The notes below the pieces were generated by a model. It made no database searches, was not told the origin of the DNA, and saw nothing but the letters and a program-made list of their open reading frames with translations. Positions 49,285-62,835 of a DNA stretch of 64,000 bases are shown here, piece by piece. Positions within the stretch are counted from its first letter, which is position 1, and every line of letters starts with the position of its first letter. Origin of the DNA: Podarcis tiliguerta (taxonomy: Eukaryota); the NCBI GenBank assembly GCA_965153285.1, contig OZ229111.1; one strand, 5' to 3'. The position numbers were made by a program, and so were the translations under genes.

Positions 49285-51504
49285 CTGAAAAGAAGAAAAA
49301 ACACAGAATTACTACTAAAACCACCATTAGGCATCAAGTCAAGCTGAAAGGTAAGAAATCCACTTAAAGGTGTTTGCTTTGAGCCACCAATCTAACCACA
49401 CAGGAGTCAGGTGGATAATATGATTGGCAGACACATTGGTTTTTTCTATCTACCTAGGTCTCTATTGAGATCTTTTTACACATACTTTACTATACGCTTG
49501 ATTCGTGGTTGGAGTAGCTTCCTCCAAGTTTCTTCTCAAGCCATCAGTTCAGCTGTCTACTGTCAACAGACAGATCATAATAATGTGAACTTGGGAACTA
49601 GGACAACCAGCCTATTGTCCTCAATCCAAGACCTTGCCCTGCAGGAGAGCATTAAACAGTTTATATACTGTCATTATGTACCTCCATAGTAAGTGGCAGT
49701 AAGCCAATCATACTAACTGGTAGATATCCCAAAAGGGTAGAAATCCTTTGCTCTGGTTTCTCTTCAAGAATGAATCAACCATGATTTAAGATTAATGTTT
49801 TACTCGGCTTCTTACAGAATCTGCATAATTGCAAAATTAAGCAGATTGACAGCAACAGACCTTGGGTTTAAAAATGGGGGTGGAAACCATGAGCTATTTC
49901 TACAACACAAACCTTTCTTGTAGAAAGGTACATTACATGGTGAATAAGATATACAAAGACAAGATGGAACCAATCTGCATCAGTCATTTAGAATTTAGAG
50001 AACAAAAGGAGCATTTACACAGCTAGGTTTCCATCCTGTTGCATATTTGGCTATAGCTTATTCACATCAATATGAAAATGTTATTTTTAGTCCAAGTATT
50101 CCCCCTCCTTATCACTCAACTATTAGTAGCAGACTTTCTACCAAGCTAGAAATTCCTTAGTACCCTAGTCAACGTTTGCCCGGGACACATCAGTATGTTG
50201 ATGAAACTAGAAAGCCAAACAGATGAATGTGCTTCTAAAATGGCATCATGCCGACAAAACTGGACTTGGAAAGCAAGCTTCCCTACTACCTAGCTCAGAT
50301 GTAAAATAAGCAAAAGTTCATTTCTATATTGACTCGTACAACAGCTATTTGTGACTGGGTACCAAAGAGATCTAGAAATAAAATGAGTCCTTGCATAAGT
50401 GATACTGCGGCTAGAAAACTTATGAAGAGGTTTGCAGTGTACCACCACTCTGGCCAGTAGTAAAACCAAAATCACACCAGGGAAATTTAAAGATTCATAG
50501 TTATGAAAACAAGTCCTTCCTGGGAACTCTTATCCAAATATTTTCAGGACTCACATCAAGCCCTGTTTGCCAGGTCTGTTTGAACTAGACCAGGACTCAC
50601 AGACTATGGCAAGGCACTGTCTCATGATGAGGAACTGCTCACCTACACAACTCTCTCCATTGCAAAGCTCTATTGCAATGTTTCTGGCCCCAAGCACAAA
50701 TATATTTCATGAGCAATTAACAGTGGAATTTCTATCTAGCCACTGTCATTTGTTAATTGCATCTTAAAACTGCTTAAGCAATACAGCTTCAGTCTGGAGG
50801 TTATGAAGGTACATGGCCTGAGGAACAGTGTTTAGCAAAATTGCAACATTTAAGCTGTAGACTCACACAAGCCAAGTTTGCAGGGCAGATCAACTGCTGA
50901 AGATAAGTTAGCTTTGTGGCTGCATACTGGTCTTTTAACATGTGAAGTCTGAGATTTGTCGGATTCCAGAGGGTCATTGCTCAATTCACTATACAGCTAC
51001 AATATGCACACAAGATTTAAAGGGGTGTGCAATAGCCTCTTCTCACAGCTGCAAGGCCTTGCAAGAAAACAGTAGCCTAAAGTAATTCCACCAGTGAACC
51101 AAAAGTTGCACAAAGTGTAGGAACTCATTGGACATTTCCTCCTTATGTGGAAAACATTTCTACTCAAAAACTAGTAATGTGTTTGGGTAGCAGGCACCAA
51201 ATTTTTACCTGCGCATTTCCTAACTGAATCATTGTATTTTAGATAATATGCAGTCATATGAGGGCAGGCCCTACATTAGCTGCTGAGGGATAGAGCTATA
51301 ATGTAATGAATTGAGTTGCTTAGAGCCATTAGCCACAGGCAAAGATTTACAAGCATCGCTGAAGAAAAACGGTTCAGGCAGAAGCAGGCTTCCATAGTGA
51401 TACAGGCACCGCAGGTCAAAAGTGCTCCAAATTTAAGGCTGAAACTTTGTCTATAGAAACACAATGGGGAGGCCTTCATATGATCTTGTGTGGTGACTAC
51501 TAGA

Positions 51505-51615
51505 GCATGGGCAGATAACTTGTGGCCCTGCAGATGTTACTGAACTACCATCAGCCCCAGTGAGCAAAGCCAATGGTCACAGATGATGGGAGTTATGGTC
51601 CAACAACATCCAGAG
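51505..51615. mobile_element. Palindromic hAT-like MITE remnant
   Basis: tgtggccctgcagatgtt...gatgggagttatggtccaacaacatc. Confidence 0.55.
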
Positions 51616-51779
51616 ATGTTAGAAGCTCATATATAAGCTCATCGCCAAATGGCACCTTCAACCTAGGTTACAGTCATAACAACAAGACTGTCTAGTTGCC
51701 TTTTGGGAGTGGGGATTTAATCATTATTATTCATTTCATTTCTATATCATTTTATGCAGTGATATAAGTTAAAAAAAAC

Positions 51780-52431
51780 TGTTCCTTTCCCCTTATGGGG
51801 TACCCAAGAGCCCATATAGAGTCCTTTTGTAGGTTCTCTATCGGTAGGAGAAAATAACAGGGACCAACCAGAGAATATTGAGAAGCAAAGCAGCTAGTAA
51901 GCTTGATCTTTATTGACTGTTGCAACAGGGTGCTCCCCCACACGCTGGAGAGAGGAGGAGGACCTCGAACAATGGCGAGCAAGGCCTTATATCTCCATTT
52001 TGAAATTTCCTGCCCTGGAGCTCCAGACCACCCCTCCATACATACATCACAGAAGGGGTGTAGCCCAAGACCACCCCCCACAAACATAATACCTACATCA
52101 CAGAAAAGGCGGTCTACAACAGAAATTTGATGGTTGTTGTTTTTCCTGACTGCCAGGTTATCTGATAATGCCTTATCTGATTGCCTTTTCTGGTAGTCTG
52201 GCCATTCCTTTTGAGATGGTAATTACTTAATACCTGGGACAATGGGAAGGTTTTGTTTTTCATTTCTTCCCTCCTTGCAGAGAAACATTTGGTCAGTTTG
52301 GGAGTTAAAATGGTTTCAGGACTGCCCTCCTGTGCTGCTTCAGATATGTGGTTTATATATTTATGTACGTGTTTGCTTGGTATATTTATGAACATTTATT
52401 ATATATCTAAGGTATTAAAATTCTTATAACA
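51780..52431 (-). mobile_element. Probable solo LTR (ERV-like), about 650 bp
   Basis: TGTT...AACA termini; on the minus strand a TATA-like GATATAAGG (51985-93) precedes AATAAA (51909-14); no TSD seen. Confidence 0.5.
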
Positions 52432-52542
52432 GCCGCTTACAGCACATTAAAACAGCAAATAAAATAATCCAAATTAAAATAGCGACAAGGCATCTCTGCC
52501 GATCAGCCGACAGTCTATGCCAGAGAAGACAAATTTAGCATA

Positions 52543-52750
52543 CAGTGGTACCTCGGGTTAAGAACTTAATTCGTTCCGGAGGTCCGTTCTTAACCTGAAA
52601 CTGTTCTTAACCTGAGGTACCACTTTAGCTAATGGGATCTCTCGCTGCCGCACGATTTCTGTTCTCATCCTGAAGCAAAGTTCTTAACCTGAGGTACTAT
52701 TTCTGGGTTAGCAGTCTGTAACCTGAAGCGTCTAATCCGAGGTACCACTG
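52543..52750. mobile_element. Tc1/mariner (Tigger-like) MITE, CAGTGGTACCT family
   Basis: TA|CAGTGGTACCTCGG...CCGAGGTACCACTG. Confidence 0.85.
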
Positions 52751-53548
52751 ATTCTTTTCTGTTTTTCCAACAGTGAATTGTTTAAGTATTTAGCTGGTGG
52801 CCTTCTCACTTTCAGATGCTAGTTCTTCAGAAATTGCTGTAATTTGTTCCAAATACATCTTTGGTTGTTACCCATGCATTTTAAAACCTGGGACACGTTC
52901 AAAACAGTAGTAACATTCTGCCCCTTCTCCTACTTACAGCCCATTGTGAACCTGACATGACTGATCAATACTGAAACTGAGCAATCTCGCAAGTATGTAC
53001 TTGCAGCCCTGGGAATTAGTCAGATCCTGGAGAACAGCGTTAAATATTTACTAAAAAGAAGAATAGTTATTCAGGTTTATTACTGGCATTTACTAGCTGG
53101 GTTAAGTTCTGCACTGCAATCCAAAGAATTCTTTTCAATACAGTCCAGAGGGACACCCAATAGGACCTTTTGCCTTGCTTAGAAACAGTTCTCATTTTGC
53201 CAGCAACCCACTATTCTGCAGGACCACCGTTCAAAACAAAGTTTACGGCTCAGTTTATTCACGAGTGCCTGGACTGGGAAACACCAACTAAAACCTCGTT
53301 GCATAATAGTCAAGTGAATTTGTTAATTTTTAAAAACTTTGTCCTGCTGCAGTACTACAAGGAATTTGCTCTTAAGACAATTAGCGGAAACACGATAAGC
53401 TACTGTGGTCAGTTTCCTTGGTAACTGGAATACACAGAAGAACTTTTTACTGGCATGAGCAAGAGATTAGAACATGGGCAAAGGAAGGACAGTATTGTTA
53501 TAAGCTAGATTTGGCAGCTTGAGAAAACCAGGTTAACTGTCACTTGAA

Positions 53549-53705
53549 ACAGGATAGCTCAGTCGGTAGAGCATGAGACTCTTACGTCTCAAAGATCATG
53601 GGTTCAAGTCCCGTCCCCCCACCATTGGGCAAGAGATTCCTGCATTGCAGGGGGTTGGACTAGATGACCCTTGTCCCTTCCAACTCTACAGTTTTATGAT
53701 ATTAT
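53549..53705 (+). mobile_element. tRNA-Lys(CTT)-derived SINE with CR1-like 3' tail
   Basis: GGATAGCTCAGTCGGTAGAGCATGAGACTCTTA..GGGTTCAAGTCCC then agattcctgcattgcagggggttggactagatgac, shared with the CR1 3' end near 23350-23400. Confidence 0.8.
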
Positions 53706-54302
53706 GACTCTGGAAGTGACCAAACTGGGACATACCTATGGTGAACAAGCTCCTATGTAGTACTACTGGCCAAGAATGAAAGGCGGCCAGTTCTTAACTG
53801 GCATAGCAACCATTTGGATTGTGGAAGTAAGAAGTTCAGCAAACAGCACAAACTCCAAACTTTGACACCACTTTGCAACCGGGCATCTTGACTGTGCCAC
53901 CTGTGCACCTAGTTTAGAACAGCAAGAGCATGGAGAAAAAGGCTGCTCCATTGCAATGGCAGCCCATTCCCCTAGATTTTCCTAACCCAATCCCAAAATA
54001 GGTTTTATTTGGGCTTGCTTTCAAATGCCGGGAGCAAAGTAAGTTGAGGGCAGGAAAGTAAGACTTCTAGAAAAGATTTTATGTTGGATTTTTTAAAAAT
54101 GGTTACCAGCAGGCTCTGGGCAGCACACACTCTTAGGTCCACTGTAGGTCATCATACTTGCCATTAGCTCGGTTATGGTGTGCAAATTCAAATTTATTCC
54201 CTCCAGTTCATTTGTATTTGTTAGCCACACTATTTCTTGAAAGGGTATCCACTTTTTGCAATGTTTTCAGTAAGAATAACTGAGTTATTCAGTAAGAATA
54301 AC

Positions 54303-54425
54303 TTTTAAGCAGAGGCTTGACAACCATATGTCAGGAGTGCTCTGATGGTGTTTCCTGCTTGGCAGGGGGTTGGACTCGATGGCCCTTGTGGTCTCTTCCA
54401 ACTCTATGATTCTATGATTCTATGA
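54303..54425 (+). mobile_element. Short CR1 3' terminal fragment
   Basis: ttttaagcagaggcttgaca...ttccaactctatgattctatgattctatga ((ATTCTATG)n CR1 tail). Confidence 0.85.
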
Positions 54426-57202
54426 ATAATGTCTCTGAGATTGTCTTCTCCTGGCCTAGCCTTGATTTGAGATTACACCCAAGGCTCCTAGGGAAGGGCG
54501 ACAGATGTATCATTTATAAACCTAGTGTCCAGAGAGTAATATACTTCTTTTGGCAAGCCTTCAGAATTTTGTACTTAAAACTTCAGGTAATAGTTCAGAG
54601 CGATTGCTATTATTCTACAAGGCAATACAACTAAAATACAGTATCCCCAGCCATGACATTTCTTTTAAGGGATTTACAGTATCTCAAAGGGTATGAGCCA
54701 CTATAACTTAAATGGCAGGATTTCTTCTGTAGCCAAATGCACCCCTTCACCTTGGGTGACCCCTTACATTGGGTTCGAGGCATTGAAAATTGGCATGCCT
54801 TATAGGCAGACACACACCTAACGTGCTTGCTGCCTTCTAGACTGCACCTTTTCCAACAAGGGTTCCACAGGATGCTTGGGTCTGTCAACATTTTACAGTG
54901 CATTACCTGTTTTTACTTTGTAGGTGGATGTCGGGGGCAGGGAGAAAGGGCCATGGTACTAAAAAAAAAAGGTGTGTTTCCTCTAACCTATAAGGGCTGA
55001 AATCCACTGGTATAGCACAGCTATTTTTCCATGAAAAAGTGTAAGCCAGTTTTGTAGGTTTGATGCAGATCATGCAGATAACAGCAGCTAGTAGTACATA
55101 ATTTGGTAACTTCTCTTTTTGGGGGGCCTTCCGCTGGAACAGAGGGCAGAGCTTAGTGACACATCTGCAATTTAAAATGACAAATGTGACCACTGAGATT
55201 ATTATAAACCCGAAGCATGTTATTTTTGATACTGTTAGCTTATAGTCTAAAAAAAAAAAAGAACCACTAGAACTGAGCAAAGATTACTATATGCCTTAAA
55301 GGGGCAGCAGCAAAGGTTCTGCTACCAAGCTGCAATGCGGTGTGTATATGCTCACATCCACACACACTGTCACTTGGGAGAGGCATATTGTTCACCAGCA
55401 TGTTAACCACCAACAACTCACAAGAGGAGAGTCTAAAACACATGACCATTAAAAGCATAAATGATGTTTAGGGCCAGAAATAGCTCTGAGGAAAGTTGCA
55501 GCAGCCCCGTATGCCTAAATCTGCAAGATGTATTCCTTGGAAGCAGATCACCCCCATGACAAAGCAAACAGAGGGTGCCAAATAGCTTTCTAGTTGTAGC
55601 AGAGAGTTTGGCTTCATATGCTTACCTTAAGATAGGTCTTTTAGGCAACATCAGACACAGCTTGTTGAGTTTGCAGGAAATGGGATGTTGCAACCCATCA
55701 AACAATGGAAGCATATGTACACATGTCTCACTACAAATTGTTCCCATTATGGTAGGACATGAATTGTCGTAATGTCTGAAACAGGTCATTCCTCCTGACC
55801 TTAAGACTCAAGCCTGTGGGTCCAAACCATAGCAAGAGGACATGATCTCTGAACTCTAGTACAGAGAATAAACATGTTGCAGGAAGGAGCAGTGCAAGTT
55901 CTTGACCAGAGTTGTGAATAGAAATGATATTTGCAGATTTCCTTGAAGGCAGAACTCCACCATTTAATTTTTTTCCAATGAAGAGTCATGTGGTCAGAGT
56001 CCATGAAAGCTTGCATCATAATAACTGTGTTGGACTTGATAGTACCACATGAATTTGATGTTCCTGCTACAAGACGACTAACACAGCTACCATTCTGGAC
56101 ACTAATCATTTCAGACACCAGGAAAGAGCCAGAGTATGATACTACAAGGAAAATACAGAACATACTAGAAAAGGCGTGGGGGAGGGGGGATATGTGGCTA
56201 TCCATATGCTGCTGACTACATCTCCCACCATCCCTGGTTGCAGCTGATGTGAGTTGGTCCACCAAGTGGAGGGCCACATGATCCCAATCCCGCCATCATC
56301 AGTTGCCTTACAATGGCTGCAAATGCATCCTTAGGTGTCTTGTAAACTAGGGAAGATAAAGTTGTTGCACGTAACGTTTCAAATCAAGAGTCTGTTGCAG
56401 ACAGATGTGGTTCTTGGGTAAAGTGCCGCAATGACCAATTGTCAACCCTCCGGGGGCCACATATCAAAATGGGTGCGGCTTAAGTGTTAGTATGCGTGTG
56501 GTGCGAACTGCAGTTCTCAAAACTCCCTTGCAATGGTCCCATCCACCATTGTGTATCATTTCAAACCATTTATCATTAAAATCAGTAAAATTTAAATTTT
56601 CAATATAATTTTGAATGGGCAACACATCTTGAGAGCACATAGAACCACCTTTTGGGGGTGCCAAATACTGCCCGTGGTTTAGGGCCCCCCGCCATGTTCA
56701 AAGGAAGCATTTTTATACCCCCAACCACCACAAGGACCAACACTATTCCCTGCACCTCCCGCTTCTCAGAAGGCATTTAGTTTTTGAATAAGTGTTAGAA
56801 GTTTCAAGTTTCTTAGTACAGAGTCACAAGCCATTTGTCTTCGGCAGCTGTAGTATTTAACATGGAAATACTGTCTCCATGTTAAGCAAGTGTCAAATCT
56901 TATGGTTGCAGGGATGATTTAGTCCTGCAAGTACTGTGTGCAACATACCCTGCCCTGTTTACTCTTGCAGTACTGCCCCTTAAAACAGAACTGCTAACTT
57001 TCCCATCACCTGCCTCCAAATAAAGCACACAGCTATCAGAAGTGGGAGGTTTTCATGTTTGTGATTTACCCTGAAAGCAGTGTGAACTGAACCTCATGCA
57101 ACCAGAGCCACATTAACAAAGTTCTTCTCCCAAGAGGACTGTGCTTTTAAAGAATGCGGTAGGCATTTTAAATAAAAAGGTATGGGGTGTGAGGGGAGGG
57201 AT

Positions 57203-57826
57203 GGTAACTCTGGTAGGGGACACATTGTACCCCTCCTGGGGTAGTTTGTCCACCTTTAGTCCCCATCCTGCACTCAGCTCTCACCTGTGGCTCCTAGAAG
57301 CTGTCAGCATGTGACAGTAGCCACACCCCGGGAATGGCTTCCATTGGCCAGCTAAATCAGGTGAGGATAACCAATGGGTCTCAAACCCTTGGTAAATTAG
57401 CGACTTCCCCCTGCATGCAAACACAGGCTCTGGTGGATTAAGCAAACGAGACCCATAGTGACTCCAACAGCCTGGAAGGCAGCTCGTCAACCTGGGAAGG
57501 TTAGCCCATCTAGAAGGAAAACTCTGGTCTTAAAACTCCACTGCCTTATGAGATAACTTCAGGAGAAGAAATGGCTCAAGAATAAACCCTACACATATCC
57601 AGAGTATAGTCCTTAAGACGGCTGGATGGTGCCTTGTACCCCTCCTTCTGACAACTCCTGCAGCCACTCTGGTGCCAAAAGCATTGCTCTGCTTTCCTTT
57701 GAACCACAGCAGTGAGTCTGGTGGGACAGTCTTGTACCCTGGGCAGCCCTGGAGCTCCACACACACTGCCCAGGCTTGTGCCTCAGGGAGGTCACTTTGG
57801 TGTTGCTAATTTGACCTCTTGAGACA
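57203..57826 (+). mobile_element. Unclassified interspersed repeat, possibly RTE-clade 5' UTR-derived
   Basis: GC-richer block containing agaaggaaaactctg..ttaaa..tccactgcctt, which resembles RTE 5' regions as I recall; boundaries approximate. Confidence 0.35.
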
Positions 57827-60800
57827 GATGCCAACAAGTGGGATGCCAAGAAGTATGGCAATGAATACTGGGGTGCTTTATTATGCTGCTTAGAAAACAT
57901 CTGTGGCACATTTGCTAAGTGATCACCATTTAAGTCCAAGCTCAGGTTTGTTTTTCACCAGTTCTTGTTATCACTTAACGTTTACCACCACAGTTCTGAG
58001 TTAAGAGCCTTTTGGCTATTAAGATCTGGCACTAGTGGTATAACAGGAGTCAGCACCTGGTAATGCTTCCTTTTCCAATAAAATTTTTCTACAGCCAACC
58101 TGGAGAACTTTGGTTCCATTTATTACTAAAACAGAAACTTCGGCTTTCGAAAAGCCCTTCCTGTGTCCTTAAAGCCTGCTGCAGCACGCTTTGAATAAAT
58201 GACATCATTGGCAAACTTGTTATGCTGACAATAACCCCCAGGAGAACAGGCCCCCCTCTTACACTAAGCAAAGCACATTCCACATTAGTGAGGTCACCCC
58301 TTGTTCCCCATGTATGTGAAAAGCCCCCAGAAGCTGCAGATGAGATCAGTTTGCTTCGTTACTGGCTTGACTGGAACACTGCCTTGCGAAGCATCCGAAT
58401 ATTGATGCACATATTCCCAGGAAATTTTTCTTGGCAGCCATCCTAACCTGCACATGCACAGAACCATTCCCCAACCCCCCAATGCTGCCATTCATTTCGA
58501 CGCAAGCTGCCTCAAGCGTTTATAGAGATCTCTCGTTCTCGCTTCTATGGCAATTGCTTTGGCAGCCCAAACCTACCTCAGAGGTTCTAGATTCATTCAT
58601 CCAACAACCGACGGGTGAATGGATGCTGTGGAAGCAAGCATCCTGAAGAACAGAGCTGCACCACTGGACCCCCAGGGCGCTGACAGTCAAGGAGTGGCAG
58701 CTCCAATGGAAGCACATGGCGACTGTGCTAATCGCTGCTAGGCCAAAGTGGCAAATCAGGAACAGAATGGGTGGGACAGTCCAAGACAGGTTGTGCAAAA
58801 CAATGTCAGGAAAGTGCTTTCAGAGGTAGCACTACAGTCAACAGCTAATGGTGTGGAAAACTATTGTCTGGAAAGCCCTACGGTTACGTCTGCACCCACA
58901 TTCACCCACCATTCCCAGTAATCTGCCGCCATCCGTATGAGTACAATAGTGTTCTGAAGTAGCCCTGCCTGCTGATTAAGGCTCCAATCCTGCATTTCGT
59001 TTCAGATATGCCAGAAAGGAGGTATTAACTTTCCCACAACATTGTTCATGGTAGCCGTCTAGACATACAACAATGCCCCCCTTCAAGTTTGCTGCTTGAG
59101 GCTGCTGTCTGGAATATCTGTTCATGGTTCTATTTTCAGGCAGGCATCCCACCAGCCTGTTCTCCGAAATACTAGAGTGCCCACTCATGAATAAAATGCA
59201 CCAGTCAGTGGCTACACATCACAAGCACATGGAAAAAAAACAGTAATTCCAGTGATAGATCATTTAGGAAGGAGACAGGACGCCCATCACCAGGCCTCAA
59301 AAGGAACTGAACACTCCGGTAAGTATGTTTCTCCAGCGGCTCACTGTGTATTTAGAATCTAGATCAACTAGCCACTGGCTCTGGAATAAGGCAGCCATAT
59401 AAAATAACTGTTTGAAAGGCACATTACACATATGGCTCCTGCCTAGGGTGCTTCCATGTCTTCAAACCTCACTTCAAAAACAACAGCATATGACTGCAGA
59501 GTAAGATAAGATGCTCCATCTTCCAATGCTATTAAATTTAGGTAAATATAGGTAGGAACTCCCATTATTCTGCTGTCAAAGAAATCTGGGGTGGGGGGCA
59601 GAATGTATGAAACAGATAGCATACACATTACAGAAACCCTGCATGGCCCCATGAAAGTATAGAAAGCTATAATGAAAGTGTATCTAAAATACACTAGACT
59701 CCCCCAACTAACTTCTACAATCCCTGTTACACCGGCTGAAGTGAGTTCAGGTGATCATTACCCCGGAGGACACCAAGTTGGGAGAAGATTGAAATTACAA
59801 CAGAACTGGAAAATACTAGGAGGATTCAGTGCATGATAAATTGCACAGTCATTTTTGTTATTTTACCCACAAAAGGCCTCTCACAAACCAGAACTTCATT
59901 CTCCAAAAGGCAGGCCAGTCTTGCAATTTGACATTTGCAGGACAGAAATAAAACAATCCTTCCAGAAAGACTAGGCAGAAGAATGCAGGTTCTGTGGGCT
60001 TGGCAACCCACACAACCATCATCAACATATGCCATAGTTCAATGCATATTATTCTACTACAAGTAAACATCAACAGTTTGCAAAAGCTTTCCAATTGGAC
60101 AAGAAAAGTGCCACCTCAGATCGAGGCTGGAAGGACTATGCACATCACACTCCTATTTCAGTGGCTAATTGCAGACAACAGACCCTCATTTAAGCCTGCA
60201 GTTATCTTTAAGGTATGTTTGGCTTTGAGTCTGTGGCATTAAAAGTGCAAATTATGTCAGCTTCAAGCCACTGTTGCCTTCTCATTTCCTATTCGCAATA
60301 CCCTCTCATTTGATAATACAGAGTCTTGTCAAAATGTATGGTTTATGCAGACAATTATTGCTATTTACAGTTCATGCACAGATCATAACTACATCTGAGG
60401 TTCCTGTTGCCAGGAAGGCAGCAATCAAGGAGCAATGCGCTTTTCCCCCCAACACTATTAACTAGATATATGCATTGACATCCTTTATATGTCTCTGCAG
60501 TATGTTCTGCTATAAGTACCCTGCCCAGAACAAAAAATCAGAACCTTCTTGGCAGTCTACATTTCCTAAAGTTGTCCTTATTACAGCGACCTATCAGAGG
60601 TCAGGGTGGTAGACCTGGAATAAGTAGGCCCAAACACCTTTGACTTGCACTCTAAAGGGAGTTGTGCAAGATCTCCTTAGGCTTCATTATCTAAAAGCAC
60701 AATGGGAGTTTATTTTTAGCTTTTCCTAAAGCCAAAGCCTTTGCAATACCAACTCTCAAACTATTTGGTATCTCAGGTAACAGACCAGCTAGGTCTCAAA

Positions 60801-60957
60801 ACCAGCCAACTAAACTTCTCTCATCTTGCTCAGTTTTGATCACTGAATACTGTTCATAGGAACTATTCAGAGACACAGCCCTCAATGCTCACCTTCTCTA
60901 TGAAGAGTAAACTACCACCTGGTGCCCTTTGTGGGAGATCAGATAAGGCTGCTTCAT

Positions 60958-61088
60958 AGAGGGATGGCCAATGTGGTGACCCCTAGAAATTGCTGACAGA
61001 TAACTCCCACCATCCCTGATCACTAGCCATGCTGGCAGGGGCTGATGGGAGCTGTAGTCCAACGACTTCTTCTGGCCTTATCTATCCC
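60958..61088. mobile_element. Palindromic hAT-like MITE
   Basis: aactcccaccatccctgatcactagccatgctggcaggggctgatgggagctgtagtccaac. Confidence 0.6.
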
Positions 61089-62539
61089 CAGTAGTAGAAG
61101 AATGCAGACTCAAAATACTGGATACTTCCCAGAAACAGGAAAGGGTACATCTGGCTTGGAGTGAAGCTGGAAGTGGCCATCTTTCCCCCAACTAGCTTAC
61201 CCCAATATTTGTTCCTTATCCATATAAATATGCTCAAAAAAAGTCTCATAAGATTCCAGTTACTCATCTGCAGCAGCTTGTTTTAGCAATCAGTCAGTAG
61301 TAGAGGCTACATGGTTAGTGACAAAGTCTGGGGAGCTTCCAAGACCAACATCCACAGCATTAGCAAGCATGTTTACTCACACTGGGTGTGGGTCAAGATG
61401 CTTCCAGGCAGCCATCACACCAGCAGAGGACTGCACAGATAAGTGAAGCTATTTAGATATGGTAGAGCCAAATATCTTCTGTGCAGCACACGCCAAACAC
61501 TAAAGCCACAGTGTATACGGGTTTTTTAGAGCCAAAACCAACACGTTGGAAGTAATCAGAAGTGATTACTGTTTGGGGAAATCCTTGACTACAATGTACA
61601 CTTTGATTCAGTTTTTCCATCTGAAACCATCCAGAGTCACCACACATAACAGGATTGGTGAGAGGAAATCCCATTCATGCAAGTATGCACAGTTCAGCCA
61701 GGCTCCATCACAGGCAGAGAGCAGCATTCAGAAAAAGGAAGTGTTCTAGTCAAAGGAAAAACATTTTAATGTTCATAGCCTGGTACACCTCTTAAAACTT
61801 TTTGATACACGCAATATTTTGGCTACTTCCTCAAACTAGTCTGTTTTAAAGCATTTTGATCAAGGCAAGCAACGCAAGACTCATGGCATAAGCCTAAAAG
61901 ATGTTCCCATTTTTGTTAACAACCAATGTTTCACCCAAGTCACACTTATTGTGGCCACCACATTAAGCCCTGGGCCAAAAATTACAGAATAGAGCCGTAG
62001 AACTGCACAGTTGGAAAGTACCCCAAGGGCCATCTAGTCCCCAGTCATCTAGACTAGGCAAGAATAGGGGAGAGGCCAGAGGCCATCTTGGCTGTCAGTC
62101 CTGGAAGAATTTGACCACAACCAAGATTTAATTGCAAGGAATAAGTGATCAACTGGGACCAGTACTTGTGGGAAGGGATGCTTTCTCTCTCATCAACATT
62201 AACCGAGGAAATGGTTTGCCTGTGCAGCTTTGAGAGACCAGTCTGCCTTCATTAGTTCAACATCACCTCCAAGAGAGGAAGATGGGCAGCACTGCTTCCT
62301 CTGCCCAGCACAGACATTCTTCAGTGCCCCCACCAAGCAGGCCAGTGACACATGTCTGACTAGGGGGACTCTAAGGATTGCACACAACCTATTAGACATT
62401 TACCACACATAGGCAAGGTTAGTCTCTCTTTTAAAGTTTATGAATAGCATCCCATGGAACATCACAAAGCCATTAATGCTCAATAAAGTCATATGTAAAA
62501 ACTGCATCAGATCTGACACAGATCGGGATATATATATAA

Positions 62540-62835
62540 AAAAAATCCACTTAAAGGGCCTTTTTGAAAAAGGAAGGCCTTCAATGGGAGTCAAAAAGGA
62601 AAGGTCTGGTGTATAATTGGGAGGGTGCCACCACAATGAAGGTCCAAATACTACATCATACAGAATGGATCACCTGATAAGGTCATATCTGCAGGAGACC
62701 CTCTTTTATAGAAGACAGTGATTGGGTAGGTATGTAAAGGGGTGAGACGGTCTTTTAGGTATCCTGGTGGCCTTTGAACACCAATACCAGCACTTTGAAC
62801 TTAGCCAGATAGCCGATTCATAACCAGTGCAACTC
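62540..62835 (-). mobile_element. Decayed LINE (L2-like) ORF2/3' fragment
   Basis: gagacggtcttttaggtatcctgg...accaataccagcactttgaactt...aaccagtgcaactctttt. Confidence 0.45.

Noticed and set aside
53549-53630. Functional tRNA-Lys gene
   Set aside because: The anticodon arm, T-arm and acceptor end are disrupted by substitutions and an insertion, and it is fused to a CR1-like tail, so it is a SINE head.
55801-56277. 158-aa minus-strand ORF in intron 1 (and the overlapping plus-strand ORF)
   Set aside because: No recognisable domain, and the Cys/Ser/Met-rich composition is typical of chance ORFs.
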